From assembly GCA_963776125.1 (NCBI GenBank), contig CAVZMC010000003.1, positions 540-64,539 of the forward strand: DNA of 64,000 bases, given 5' to 3'. Made by a program: the position numbers and the translations under genes. The first letter of the stretch is position 1; each line of letters opens with the position of its first letter. Under the pieces are notes generated by a model, which worked only from the letters and a program-made list of their open reading frames with translations, was not told where the DNA came from and did no database searches. Positions 1-8,398 of the stretch are shown piece by piece. The DNA is from an uncultured Acidobacteriaceae bacterium. GTDB taxonomy: Bacteria > Acidobacteriota > Terriglobia > Terriglobales > Acidobacteriaceae.

Positions 1-801
1 AACCTTTGAAATCGCGCCCGCGAAGCGTTCTCGCGCTGCCGCGTCTTCCGTGCAATGCACCAAGCGGGTATTGACGTTGCCGCAGTCCGAGACGTCGATT
101 TCCCGCAGGTCGTCATCCCGTTGTTCCAATTCGTAGAGCTGCCACTTGGCCATCTTGCGATTCAGGTGCGCCATGCGCTCGCGCGCAACCGCCGAGCATG
201 CGGCCGGCAAGAAAAGCTTCAGCCCTTCCACCACCATTTTTCCGGCGTGCATTTGCCGGCAAGCGTCGAGCCACAGCAGGCCAAACGTCAGGGCGGCATC
301 GATCGAAGCTTGCGTCTCCTGCGCGTTCACGCCTAGCACGGCGAAGCCCGATTGCCCTTGCCGCAACAACCCCCGCGAATAGATCGGCCCAAATGATCGT
401 TCCAGATCCATTCCGCTGCTCATTTGAGCCACGCGATAAGCCGGAAAATGCCGCTCCAGCGTTCGCTGCAGCATTCTTTGATAAGCCAGCCGAGACATGC
501 GCCTCGCCGTCGGCGCGCGCCGGTCGCGCTCACGGCAAATCTCCAACTTCGTAGGCCGCGCCTGCCCCAGGCGCTGCACCGCCAGCCGCAGTGTTTCGTT
601 CTGCACTTCCAGGTCGAGCACCCGCCGAACCACATTCCGCTCCGCCGACCACAAATGCAGCAGGCACTTATTGCATTCACCGGAAATCGAGTACTTGGCC
701 TGCGCCAGATCGAACACGACCGCGCCGTTTTCCAACACCACGGCGCCGCGTGACCCGGCAAGGAAGTGTTCCACTTCGCGGCTGAGAGATTCGGCGGTCA
801 T
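1..801 (-). CDS. conserved hypothetical protein, first 267 codons (gene runs off the left edge)
   Basis: Own minus-strand translation from the ATG (complement of 799-801): MTAESLSREVEHFLAGSRGAVVLENGAVVFDLAQAKYSISGECNKCLLHLWSAERN... stays open to base 1. It is absent from the ORF track because no stop lies in the window. The listed ORFs in 55-850 are other-frame artefacts. Confidence 0.6.
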   Translation of the reverse strand, partial: MTAESLSREVEHFLAGSRGAVVLENGAVVFDLAQAKYSISGECNKCLLHLWSAERNVVRRVLDLEVQNETLRLAVQRLGQARPTKLEICRERDRRAPTARRMSRLAYQRMLQRTLERHFPAYRVAQMSSGMDLERSFGPIYSRGLLRQGQSGFAVLGVNAQETQASIDAALTFGLLWLDACRQMHAGKMVVEGLKLFLPAACSAVARERMAHLNRKMAKWQLYELEQRDDDLREIDVSDCGNVNTRLVHCTEDAAARERFAGAISKV

Positions 802-1041
802 GGAAGAGATTTTCAACGGAAGGCAAGCGGGTGTCTGTGACGGATGACCATTGCCGTTGTAGTGTTGAATTAGCACCGCCTGCGACTCCCAATGGGTATC
901 CGCTATTTCTCCCCGCCGCCGGTTTTCGCATGATCTGCCTCGACGCTCAAAGGAAACCGATCTACTATAGGTGCGCCGCACATCTTCCCCGGCGCCTGCA
1001 TCCCTTCATCCGGTGGCGCCGGAGAAAAGGATGAATCTGGG

Positions 1042-2988
1042 ATGAAGCAGTTCTTCTCTTGCGTTCTCTTCGTTCTTGCCGCCGTATCCATTGCCTTTAC
1101 ATCCAACTCGACTCTGCCCAACGGAACCGAATTCCCCTCATGGGAGAAGCCGCTGCATTTCACGCACACCTACTACGTCGACGGCCAGGCGGCGAACGCC
1201 GACGACAACGGCCCGGGCACCGAGCAGCGTCCTTTCCGCACCATCGGCCGGGCGGCCCAGATTCTTAAGGCAGGTGAACGGGTGGTGATTGCCGCTGGCG
1301 TTTACCGCGAGTTCGTTCGCCCGGCCCGCGGCGGCTCCGGCCCTGACGCCATGGTCAGCTACGAAGCTGCTCCCGGGGCCAATGTCGTGATCAAAGGCTC
1401 CACTATCGTGACCGGCTGGAAGCCAAGCCAAGGCTGGAACTTGGGCATCGATCCGGTCACAAAGAAGCCGGTTCAGGGCTGGGAACTGCAACTCAACCCA
1501 TCCCTGTTCCCCCAGGGTTACAACCCATTTGAAGTCGATAACGTCATTGGCAACCGCTATTGGATCGACTACGCCAGGGACAACATGGCGAATTATTTCC
1601 GCCGCCGAGGCCTGGTCTTCGTCGATGGCCACCCGTTGGAACCAGTCGAGCTTTCGACCGCCCTTGCCGGACCTTCCCAGCGGTCGATGAATTTCTTCAG
1701 CTCGGTGAGTTGGTCGCCCCTGTTCCAGGAATTCTCGCCCTATGCGGGCAAGGTCTGGATCGAGAGCAACGGTATGGCGCTGCACATCCGCCTGGCCAAC
1801 GACGATGACCCGGCGAAGCACACCATCGAGATCACGACCCAGGAGCAGGTCTTCTCGCCGCTCGAACGCCACCAGTCCTACATACGCGTGAAGGGCATCA
1901 CCTTCGAGCAAGCGGCAAATGGATTTCCGGTCCCTCAGCGCGGCATGGTTTCCACCAACCGCGGCAATCACTTTATTTTTGAGGACGACACTTTCGAGTG
2001 GGCTAACAGCGTCGGTCTCGACATCGGCAACGAGGATTGGCAGGCCAATCGGCCCCCTGAGCCGGTCGGCTTCGACGTCATTCGCGGCAACACCTTTCGT
2101 TATTGCGGGATCGAGGGCCTCGGCGGCACGGGCGGGCCGCAAAGCACTCTGGTCGAGCGCAATCTGTTCGAGTGGATCGGCTGGCAGGATGCGGCCATGA
2201 TGTCTGAGTCAGGCGGCACCAAAATGCACACGGCACGCAATCTTTTGTTCCGCAACAACGTGGTGCGCCACATCCGGCACGCCAACGGGATCTGGCTCGA
2301 TATCGGCAACGCCAACGACCGGATTACCGGCAATGTTTTTGCCGATATTCCCGGCAACGTAAATCCCCACGCTATCCACATCGAGGGCAGCGAGGAGCTG
2401 AACGAGATTGACAACAACATTTTCTCGCACCTGACGGGTGGCATTCTCATTCGCGACACAAACAACGTCATCATCGCCTACAATTTGTTTCTTGATTGTG
2501 AGGAGGTATGCGCGGACACCATATCCGGCATCAATGGCCCGCGACCCATCTTCGGCCACACCATTGACGTTCACAACCTGATGGTCTACGGCAACATTTT
2601 TGCCGGCATGGGCCGTTCCGCCATCGAGTTCACCAACGCCCACAACGACGCCGACGGCAATCTTTACCAGGGCGCCAGTTCCCCGTTCGGATTCGGCAGT
2701 CCCTATCTGCGCATTAAAACGCCGGAGCCGCCGGAGTGGGATAACTTGAAATCCTGGCGCGACCAGCATGGCTGGGACAAGAACGGCGCTGTGGGCAAAA
2801 TCACCGCGACGCTCGACCCTGACAAGCTCACCCTGGACCTTGCGGTTCAGAGCGACATCAAGCCGGTGCCTGCGTGGAAGAGTATCGACGCGGATTTCTT
2901 TGGGAAGCCGGTTTCTGGCGACCGCCTGCCCGGTCCCTTTCCTGATCTCTTGACCGGCTCCGCGACTCGAACCGTGGACCCGCGCTGA
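1042..2988 (+). CDS. secreted right-handed parallel beta-helix repeat protein (DUF1565/pectate-lyase-fold like)
   Basis: Signal-peptide-like MKQFFSCVLFVLAAVSIAFT. N-terminal YYVDG..DDNGPGTEQRPFRTIGRAAQILKAGERVVIAAGVY is followed by repeated beta-helix turns (IRGNTFRYCG, VERNLFEWIG, FRNNVVRHI, ITGNVFADI, IDNNIFSHL, VYGNIFAGM). Confidence 0.8.
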   Translation: MKQFFSCVLFVLAAVSIAFTSNSTLPNGTEFPSWEKPLHFTHTYYVDGQAANADDNGPGTEQRPFRTIGRAAQILKAGERVVIAAGVYREFVRPARGGSGPDAMVSYEAAPGANVVIKGSTIVTGWKPSQGWNLGIDPVTKKPVQGWELQLNPSLFPQGYNPFEVDNVIGNRYWIDYARDNMANYFRRRGLVFVDGHPLEPVELSTALAGPSQRSMNFFSSVSWSPLFQEFSPYAGKVWIESNGMALHIRLANDDDPAKHTIEITTQEQVFSPLERHQSYIRVKGITFEQAANGFPVPQRGMVSTNRGNHFIFEDDTFEWANSVGLDIGNEDWQANRPPEPVGFDVIRGNTFRYCGIEGLGGTGGPQSTLVERNLFEWIGWQDAAMMSESGGTKMHTARNLLFRNNVVRHIRHANGIWLDIGNANDRITGNVFADIPGNVNPHAIHIEGSEELNEIDNNIFSHLTGGILIRDTNNVIIAYNLFLDCEEVCADTISGINGPRPIFGHTIDVHNLMVYGNIFAGMGRSAIEFTNAHNDADGNLYQGASSPFGFGSPYLRIKTPEPPEWDNLKSWRDQHGWDKNGAVGKITATLDPDKLTLDLAVQSDIKPVPAWKSIDADFFGKPVSGDRLPGPFPDLLTGSATRTVDPR

Positions 2989-3043
2989 TTTCAGTTGTAA
3001 GCCATTTCTCAGGACCGAACGGCCCGGTCGGCCCACGAACCTA

Positions 3044-3052
3044 TGGGATAAT
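3044..3052 (+). promoter_or_regulatory. extended -10-like box TGGGATAAT inside the motif CTATGGGATAAT, upstream of tldD
   Basis: TGnGATAAT lies 42 nt upstream of the tldD GTG. The same 10-mer CTATGGGATA recurs at 4618 and 60521. Confidence 0.35.
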
Positions 3053-3093
3053 TCCCTCCAGAGTCTTTCCCGTACCGAGGACATCTAATTCCC

Positions 3094-4545
3094 GTGGACA
3101 AAAACCGTTTCTTCTTCCAGCACTACGGCGTGACCGAGCGCGATCTCGAGCAGTACCTGGCCGCGGCCCTCTCCGCCGGCGGCGACTACGCCGACCTCTA
3201 TTTTGAATATCTTTCCTCGACATCACTCATGGTCGATGAGTCCATGGTGAAGTCGGCCTCGCAGGGAATCTCCGCCGGCTGCGGCGTTCGCGTCATTTCC
3301 GGCGAGCGCACCGGATACGCCTACACCGACGATCTATCTTCCGAGCGCATTCTGCACGCCGCGCGCACTGCGGCCCTCATCGCCAGCGGCCCGGCTAAGA
3401 CGCCCTCCATCGGCTTTCAGGAAAGGCAGGCGCGCAGCCTTTATCCCATCACGCTGCCCTCGGTCGATGCAGAGATCACCGCCAAAGTCGAGCTGGTGAT
3501 GCGCGCCGATGCCGCCGCCCGGGCTTGCGATCCCCGCATAAAAGAAGTCCGCGCCAGCTACTTGGATGAGCTGCGCAATATTCTGGTCGTCGGCTCCGAC
3601 GGTATTTTTGCCGAGGATTCCCAGCCTCTGGCCCGCCTAAATGTTGGCTGCATCGCGAAAACGGAAACCAATTCCGCGCGCGGCAGTTCCGGTGGTGGCG
3701 GCCGCGTGGCGCTCGATTTCTTCTTCGGAGAAAAAACGCCCGAATACTTCGCCAAGGAATCCGCCCGCCAGGCGATTCTGCAACTCGACGCCCGCGAGGC
3801 TCCGGCCGGCGAAATGGAAGTCGTCCTCGGCCCCGGCTGGCCCGGAGTTCTGCTGCACGAAGCCATCGGCCACGGCCTGGAGGCGGACTTCAACCGCAAG
3901 CAGACTTCGGCATTCGCCGGCCTGATCGGCAAGCGCGTGGCCAGCGACAAGTGCACCATCGTCGACAACGGCACCATGCCCTGGCGTCGCGGCTCGCTCA
4001 ACGTCGACGACGAGGGCAACTCGACGCAGGAAACCGTGCTGATTGAAAAGGGAATGCTGAAGGGCTATTTGAGCGACAAACTCTCCGCCCGCCTGATGGG
4101 CATGGCCAATACTGGCAACGGACGCCGCGAGAGCTACGAACACATCCCCATGCCGCGCATGACCAATACGTACATGCTGCCCGGCGACGACGATCCGCAG
4201 GACATCATCCGCTCGGTGAAACGCGGAGTCTATGCCGTGAACTTCGGCGGCGGCCAGGTCGACATCACCAACGGCAAGTTCGTTTTCTCCGCGTCGGAGG
4301 CTTACTTGATTGAAGACGGCCAAGTCACCGCGCCCATCAAAGGCGCAACGCTGATCGGTAACGGCCCCGACGTTCTGACGCACGTCTCGATGGTGGGCAA
4401 CGACCTGAAGCTTGACGAAGGTGTCGGCACGTGCGGAAAAGACGGTCAGGCAGTGCCAGTAGGCGTCGGCATTCCGACGATTAAAGTAGATCGCTTCACA
4501 GTCGGCGGCACCGCGAAAAAAGATAGCGGCGGGTTCATGCAGTAG
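3094..4545 (+). CDS. tldD: metalloprotease TldD
   Basis: 483 aa. HEAIGHGLEADF zinc-binding motif, ISGERTGYAYTDD, C-terminal IPTIKVDRFTVGG. Full-length TldD-like layout with a GTG start. Confidence 0.93.
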   Translation: MDKNRFFFQHYGVTERDLEQYLAAALSAGGDYADLYFEYLSSTSLMVDESMVKSASQGISAGCGVRVISGERTGYAYTDDLSSERILHAARTAALIASGPAKTPSIGFQERQARSLYPITLPSVDAEITAKVELVMRADAAARACDPRIKEVRASYLDELRNILVVGSDGIFAEDSQPLARLNVGCIAKTETNSARGSSGGGGRVALDFFFGEKTPEYFAKESARQAILQLDAREAPAGEMEVVLGPGWPGVLLHEAIGHGLEADFNRKQTSAFAGLIGKRVASDKCTIVDNGTMPWRRGSLNVDDEGNSTQETVLIEKGMLKGYLSDKLSARLMGMANTGNGRRESYEHIPMPRMTNTYMLPGDDDPQDIIRSVKRGVYAVNFGGGQVDITNGKFVFSASEAYLIEDGQVTAPIKGATLIGNGPDVLTHVSMVGNDLKLDEGVGTCGKDGQAVPVGVGIPTIKVDRFTVGGTAKKDSGGFMQ

Positions 4546-4620
4546 GTCTCGTATGGAGACACCCGCCCTCGGCTGTTCGACCGGGCGACCGGAATAGCAA
4601 TAACCCGTAACGGGCAACTA

Positions 4621-4629
4621 TGGGATAAT
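4621..4629 (+). promoter_or_regulatory. extended -10-like box TGGGATAAT, 5 nt upstream of ATG 4635 (predicts a leaderless transcript)
   Basis: AACTATGGGATAATCCACCATG. No Shine-Dalgarno sequence is possible in the 5-nt gap. Confidence 0.35.
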
Positions 4630-4634
4630 CCACC

Positions 4635-4892
4635 ATGGCCCGATCAACAGCTATAGTTGCTTCGCCTGAGCAAGTCGCCAACGTTCTCGATGTCCTCCGG
4701 CGTTCGATGCCGCGCGGGGCAATGTTCGAACAGATCCAAAATGAAACGGGCTACCCAAAAGACGTCATCTGGTCGGCGGCACACGCTTTAGAACGGGAAG
4801 GCAAGATCGAAGGCAGGAGCCCCTTCGCGTACGACCCCGAAGCCACAGACACAGATGCCAACGATCCCGGAAGCAGCTCGGACGCCACTTGA
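4635..4892 (+). CDS. small hypothetical protein, winged-helix-like N-terminus and acidic tail
   Basis: 85 aa, MARSTAIVASPEQVANVLDVLRRSMPRGAMFEQIQNETGYPKDVIWSAAHALEREGKIEG... A -10 box lies directly upstream. I recognise no family. Confidence 0.5.
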   Translation: MARSTAIVASPEQVANVLDVLRRSMPRGAMFEQIQNETGYPKDVIWSAAHALEREGKIEGRSPFAYDPEATDTDANDPGSSSDAT

Positions 4893-5002
4893 CATCGGAC
4901 CAACTTACACAGAATCAGCGCCTAACCGATGCCTACAAAAAAAGCTTTCCCCCGAGGGTGGAGTTAGTGTTGCGGGAGAGACGTCAACCCTTGGAATAGC
5001 CC

Positions 5003-5386
5003 TCAATTCGGGCCAGTGGGGCAAGGGAACGCCTCATTGGCGGCATCGTAGACGATCTGAGCCGCCGGAAGATGCAGTTTCTCCGGATGCCGCTCGATGT
5101 ACCTAAGAATCAGCCGAATGAATTGCTCCTGCCCGACGCCCTCAGGGAGGCACTCTAGCCTGCTATTCGGTGGCGAAGGCAACATCTGCGAGAGTTGGCG
5201 GAATGCGTCAAGAAATCCAACGCACAGGCCGGCACGGGCCCCCGATTGCAGTTGCTTGTCGAGCGCAGCGGTGCACCATTCTTGCAAGTCCTTGCCGGTA
5301 CTGTAGGCGCTTGCCGACTTCGCGCTGATTACGAGGACGCACAAGAGCGCGAGGGATAAGATTTTGGCCGATTTGTCAGTTTTCAT
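5003..5386 (-). CDS. Rap1a/Tai4-family-like periplasmic protein (putative orphan T6SS amidase-effector immunity protein)
   Basis: 127 aa with a signal peptide (MKTDKSAKILSLALLCVLVISAKSASA). Family-like pattern: W-C..., GLCVGFLDAF, ECLPEGVGQEQFIRLILRYIERHPEKLHLPAAQIVYDAANEAFPCP. Confidence 0.6.
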   Translation of the reverse strand: MKTDKSAKILSLALLCVLVISAKSASAYSTGKDLQEWCTAALDKQLQSGARAGLCVGFLDAFRQLSQMLPSPPNSRLECLPEGVGQEQFIRLILRYIERHPEKLHLPAAQIVYDAANEAFPCPTGPN

Positions 5387-5431
5387 ACTTATACTCTGAC
5401 CCTCGGGAAAGTTCTGGGTAAGTGATTCCTT

Positions 5432-5824
5432 TTATAACACCCGCGCCGCCTGCCCTTGCGCCTTGAGCAACTCCACCGCCTTCGCATCGAAAGACACGAA
5501 CGTCTCCCCGCCGAGCCAGCGGCCTTCGTAGGCAATCGCGCCATCGGCAAAATCTCCGCCCGCTTCGAGCATCGCCAGTCCCGCATCGACTGCCGGACGA
5601 TTAGTTTCGACGTTCCCGGCGGCGAGCAATTCGCGTATCGTAGCCGCAATTGCCGGAGGCCTGAACCCATAAACCTGGCGGAGGACCCACACAAATTCGC
5701 ACAAACAGGAGGTGCCGACGGCTAGCATTTCCGCTTTGACAGTTTTGGAAGCGATCTCGGCCTGTTTGGGATCGTCCTGAACCACGGCCCGCACCAGAAC
5801 GTTTGTATCCACGGCGATCTTCAT
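5432..5824 (-). CDS. vapC: PIN-domain toxin, VapC family
   Basis: MKIAVDTNVLVRAVV..., conserved acidic residues (DTN, CEF, DFADGAI, SFD). Start trimmed to ATG 5824, which overlaps the antitoxin stop by 4 bp (ATGA). Confidence 0.85.
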   Translation of the reverse strand: MKIAVDTNVLVRAVVQDDPKQAEIASKTVKAEMLAVGTSCLCEFVWVLRQVYGFRPPAIAATIRELLAAGNVETNRPAVDAGLAMLEAGGDFADGAIAYEGRWLGGETFVSFDAKAVELLKAQGQAARVL

Positions 5825-6111
5825 GATTTCCTGCGTCCAGGATGTTTCCTGGAAACGCGAACGCCCGCCCACCCGGCCGCGGCGGCTTCGTTGATCTCTT
5901 CAATCGTCGCGACTTTTTTCGTCTTGCCCGCCAGCATCCCGATAAAGCTTTCTATGTTCCCCGCCGGTTGCGCCGCCCGGATCAAGCCCTGTCCGTCTGG
6001 CAACAGATCCAGCTCAATCTTCGCGCCAGGTTTCACGCCTAGATGCTCCATTACCTTCTTCCGGAATGTGACCTGCCCTCTCGCGGTTACGGTAAGCGTG
6101 GCCATAAACAT
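5821..6111 (-). CDS. AbrB/MazE/SpoVT-family antitoxin (VapB-like)
   Basis: MFMATLTVTARGQVTFRKKVMEHLGVKPGAKIELDLLPDG is a swapped-hairpin DNA-binding motif. It lies directly upstream of and overlaps the PIN gene. The track's longer 6243 start is unsupported. Confidence 0.8.
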   Translation of the reverse strand: MFMATLTVTARGQVTFRKKVMEHLGVKPGAKIELDLLPDGQGLIRAAQPAGNIESFIGMLAGKTKKVATIEEINEAAAAGWAGVRVSRKHPGRRKS

Positions 6112-6225
6112 CGTCCTCACTCTAATTGTAAGGCGAAATCGCCTTACTGTCCAGTTCCCTATATATACAGCGCAAACAAGCGCTGCCATCCCGCCCAAAA
6201 AACGCCGACTGAGTTCTCTGGGATA

Positions 6226-7626
6226 ATGATAGAGGTATGGCAATCCGTCCAGCTCGACGCCCGCAACCCGGAACTCGCCACCGACCTCAAAGACCTAGCC
6301 CAGGACATCGTCCGCAGCGCCATGGCCGGAGGCGCGACCGCAGCCGAATGCATCATCCGCGAGGGCGATGAATTTTCCACGTTGGTCCGTCTGGGCCAGG
6401 TCGAGACGCTGAAAGAAGCCGGCTCGAAAGCCGTTGGCGTGCGCGTCTTCCGCGGCCAGCGCGCCGCCAGCACCTACTCCAGCGACTTCTCGCGCGAAGG
6501 CCTCGACCGCATGCTGAACTCCGCGCTGGAGCTGGCCAAGATCACGTCCGAAGATCCGTTCGCCGGCATTCCAGAACCCCGGCAACTCGGCTCGCTCGCC
6601 GGCGATCTCGATCTCTACTACGCCGACGTGTACTCGCTCCCCGGCGAAGAGCGCATCGACTACGCGCGCCGCGCCGAGAAGGCCGCGCTCGACTTCGACC
6701 CGCGCATCCAGAACTCCGAAGGCGGATCGTTCGACGCCGCCACCGGATACAAAGTGATGGCCAACTCGCACGGCTTCGTCGGCGAGTACCGCCGGTCGTA
6801 TTGCTCTGTGGCTGCCGTGCCCATCGCGCGCACTGAAGACGGAGCCATGCAGCGCGACTATTGGTTCTCGGTAGCCCGCAATCTCGGCCGCTTAGAATCG
6901 CCCGAGCACGTAGGACAAGTAGCCGCGCAGCGCACACTGCGCCGTCTTGGCGCTCGCAAGGTCAAAACCGCACATGTGCCGGTGGTGCTCGATCCCATGG
7001 TCGCGAACTCCATCCTCGGTCATATTTTCGAGGGAATTAACGGAGACTCGGTTTACCGCGGCGCGTCGTTTCTGGCCGGCAAGCTGGGCCAAAAAATCGC
7101 GGGAGACCAAGTCACCGTCATCGACGACGGCACCATGCGCGGCGGCTTCGGCACCGCCCCATTCGATGGCGAGGGCATTCCCACGCGCCGCACGGTCGTG
7201 ATTGAGAGCGGCGTGCTGAAGTCTTATTTGCTAAACACCTACACCGCGAAAAAACTGGGCCTGCAAACCACCGCGAACGCTTCCCGAGGATTGGCGGGCA
7301 CTCCCGGCATCGGCCCCGGCAACTATTTTCTGCAAGCGGGAACGAAGACTCCGCAGCAAATCATCGCCGCCATTCCCGACGGTCTCTATATCACCGAGTT
7401 TCTCGGCCATGGCGCGAACCTGGTCACCGGCGACTATTCCCGCGGCGCTTCGGGCCTCTGGATTTCCGGTGGAGAACTCGCCTATCCGGTGGAAGAGATC
7501 ACCGTAGCCGGAAATCTGAAAGAGATGTTCAATAACATCTCCGAAATCGGCAACGATCTGGAATTCCGCGGCTCCATGGCTTGCCCGACGATTCGTATCG
7601 ACGGGCTCACCGTCGGGGGCGAGTGA
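6226..7626 (+). CDS. pmbA: metalloprotease PmbA/TldE
   Basis: 466 aa from ATG 6226 (MIEVWQSVQLDARNPELATDLKDLAQDIV...). TldE-type layout ending CPTIRIDGLTVGGE. The 6043 start would overlap the antitoxin gene on the other strand. Confidence 0.9.
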   Translation: MIEVWQSVQLDARNPELATDLKDLAQDIVRSAMAGGATAAECIIREGDEFSTLVRLGQVETLKEAGSKAVGVRVFRGQRAASTYSSDFSREGLDRMLNSALELAKITSEDPFAGIPEPRQLGSLAGDLDLYYADVYSLPGEERIDYARRAEKAALDFDPRIQNSEGGSFDAATGYKVMANSHGFVGEYRRSYCSVAAVPIARTEDGAMQRDYWFSVARNLGRLESPEHVGQVAAQRTLRRLGARKVKTAHVPVVLDPMVANSILGHIFEGINGDSVYRGASFLAGKLGQKIAGDQVTVIDDGTMRGGFGTAPFDGEGIPTRRTVVIESGVLKSYLLNTYTAKKLGLQTTANASRGLAGTPGIGPGNYFLQAGTKTPQQIIAAIPDGLYITEFLGHGANLVTGDYSRGASGLWISGGELAYPVEEITVAGNLKEMFNNISEIGNDLEFRGSMACPTIRIDGLTVGGE

Positions 7627-7630
7627 GACG

Positions 7631-7739
7631 AACTTCCAACCCGCCAGGGATGTGCACGGATTCCCACGGATCAAACTGCAAAGAGAAGTCTTGGGGTTAT
7701 CCGTGGAAATCCTCGCAGATCCGTGGCGGCTTGGAAGTT
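7631..7739. repeat. about 110-bp nested palindromic intergenic element (GGATTCCCACGGATCAA family)
   Basis: Outer arms AACTTCCAA (7631-7639) / TTGGAAGTT (7731-7739). Inner arms CCGCCA..CACGGATTCCCACGGATC versus GATCCGTGGCGG and TTATCCGTGGAAATCC. Confidence 0.6.
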
Positions 7740-7768
7740 ACAGCTTGATCAGGTAGTACAATCTCCGC

Positions 7769-8275
7769 ATGGCTGGCCTGATCGAACCCTCTCCGCTGTC
7801 AGAGCAGCCGCGCGAGTCTAACTGGACCCCGATCGTTATGGGCGTCGCGTTTGTAGTGATTGCCATGGGCCTCGTCGCCTTCCTCATGCGCGCCCACCCG
7901 AAAGCTCCGCCAACGCCCGATCCCTACGCCACCAGTCTCAAACTGTCCGATTTGAAGATGAGCGCTGCGCAAAACTTCGTCGGCGCGACCGTGACCTATT
8001 TGGACGGCACCGTCACCAATGCCGGCGATAAGACAGTCACTCATGCCACCATCGAAGTCACTTTCAAAGATGAAATGGGACAAGTGGCGCAGCGCGAGGA
8101 TGTCCCGTTGCACGTCCTGCAGACGACCGGACCGTATCCCGATGCAGTCGATCTAAGTATTTCTCCGCTAGCCCCCGGCGCGAGCAAGCCCTTCCGCCTC
8201 ACTTTCGAACACGTCAGCGACGCATGGAACCAACAGTATCCCGAGCTGCATGTGATGGACGTGGCACTGAAGTAA
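7769..8275 (+). CDS. single-pass membrane protein with beta-rich ectodomain (DUF2393-like)
   Basis: 168 aa with TM WTPIVMGVAFVVIAMGLVAFLM. TACAAT at 7757-7762 lies 6 nt before the ATG. Family name comes from memory of similar acidobacterial annotations. Confidence 0.6.
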   Translation: MAGLIEPSPLSEQPRESNWTPIVMGVAFVVIAMGLVAFLMRAHPKAPPTPDPYATSLKLSDLKMSAAQNFVGATVTYLDGTVTNAGDKTVTHATIEVTFKDEMGQVAQREDVPLHVLQTTGPYPDAVDLSISPLAPGASKPFRLTFEHVSDAWNQQYPELHVMDVALK

Positions 8276-8290
8276 ACAACCTCAAAACGC

Positions 8291-8365
8291 TACGGATTCC
8301 AGTGGATTCCACGGATCAATCAATTCCTCCTCGAATTTGATCCGGGGGAAGCCGTGCGGATTCGT
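8291..8365. repeat. second copy of the CACGGATTCC/ACGGATCAA repeat family
   Basis: TACGGATTCCAGTGGATTCCACGGATCAAT ... TTGATCCGGGGGAAGCCGTGCGGATTCG. Shares GGATTCCACGGATCAA with 7657-7675. Hairpin GGATCAA/TTGATCC. Confidence 0.45.
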
Positions 8366-8398
8366 CGCTGTCTTCGTCCTCTCCTTTACAATGGGTAG

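Noticed and set aside
3637-4617. 326-aa minus-strand ORF
   Set aside because: It is antisense to tldD, shows no recognisable motifs and has shadow-ORF composition.
6043-6225. 61-codon N-terminal extension of pmbA from the track's ATG 6043
   Set aside because: It overlaps the AbrB antitoxin gene on the opposite strand, has a Cys/His/Pro/Lys-rich non-protein-like sequence, and PmbA homology begins at MIEVWQ (6226).
6219-6227. TGGGATAAT box as the pmbA promoter
   Set aside because: The hexamer overlaps ATG 6226 itself, so a transcript from it would lack the start codon. No alternative in-frame start follows. It is kept only as a possible relic, discussed in the motif finding.
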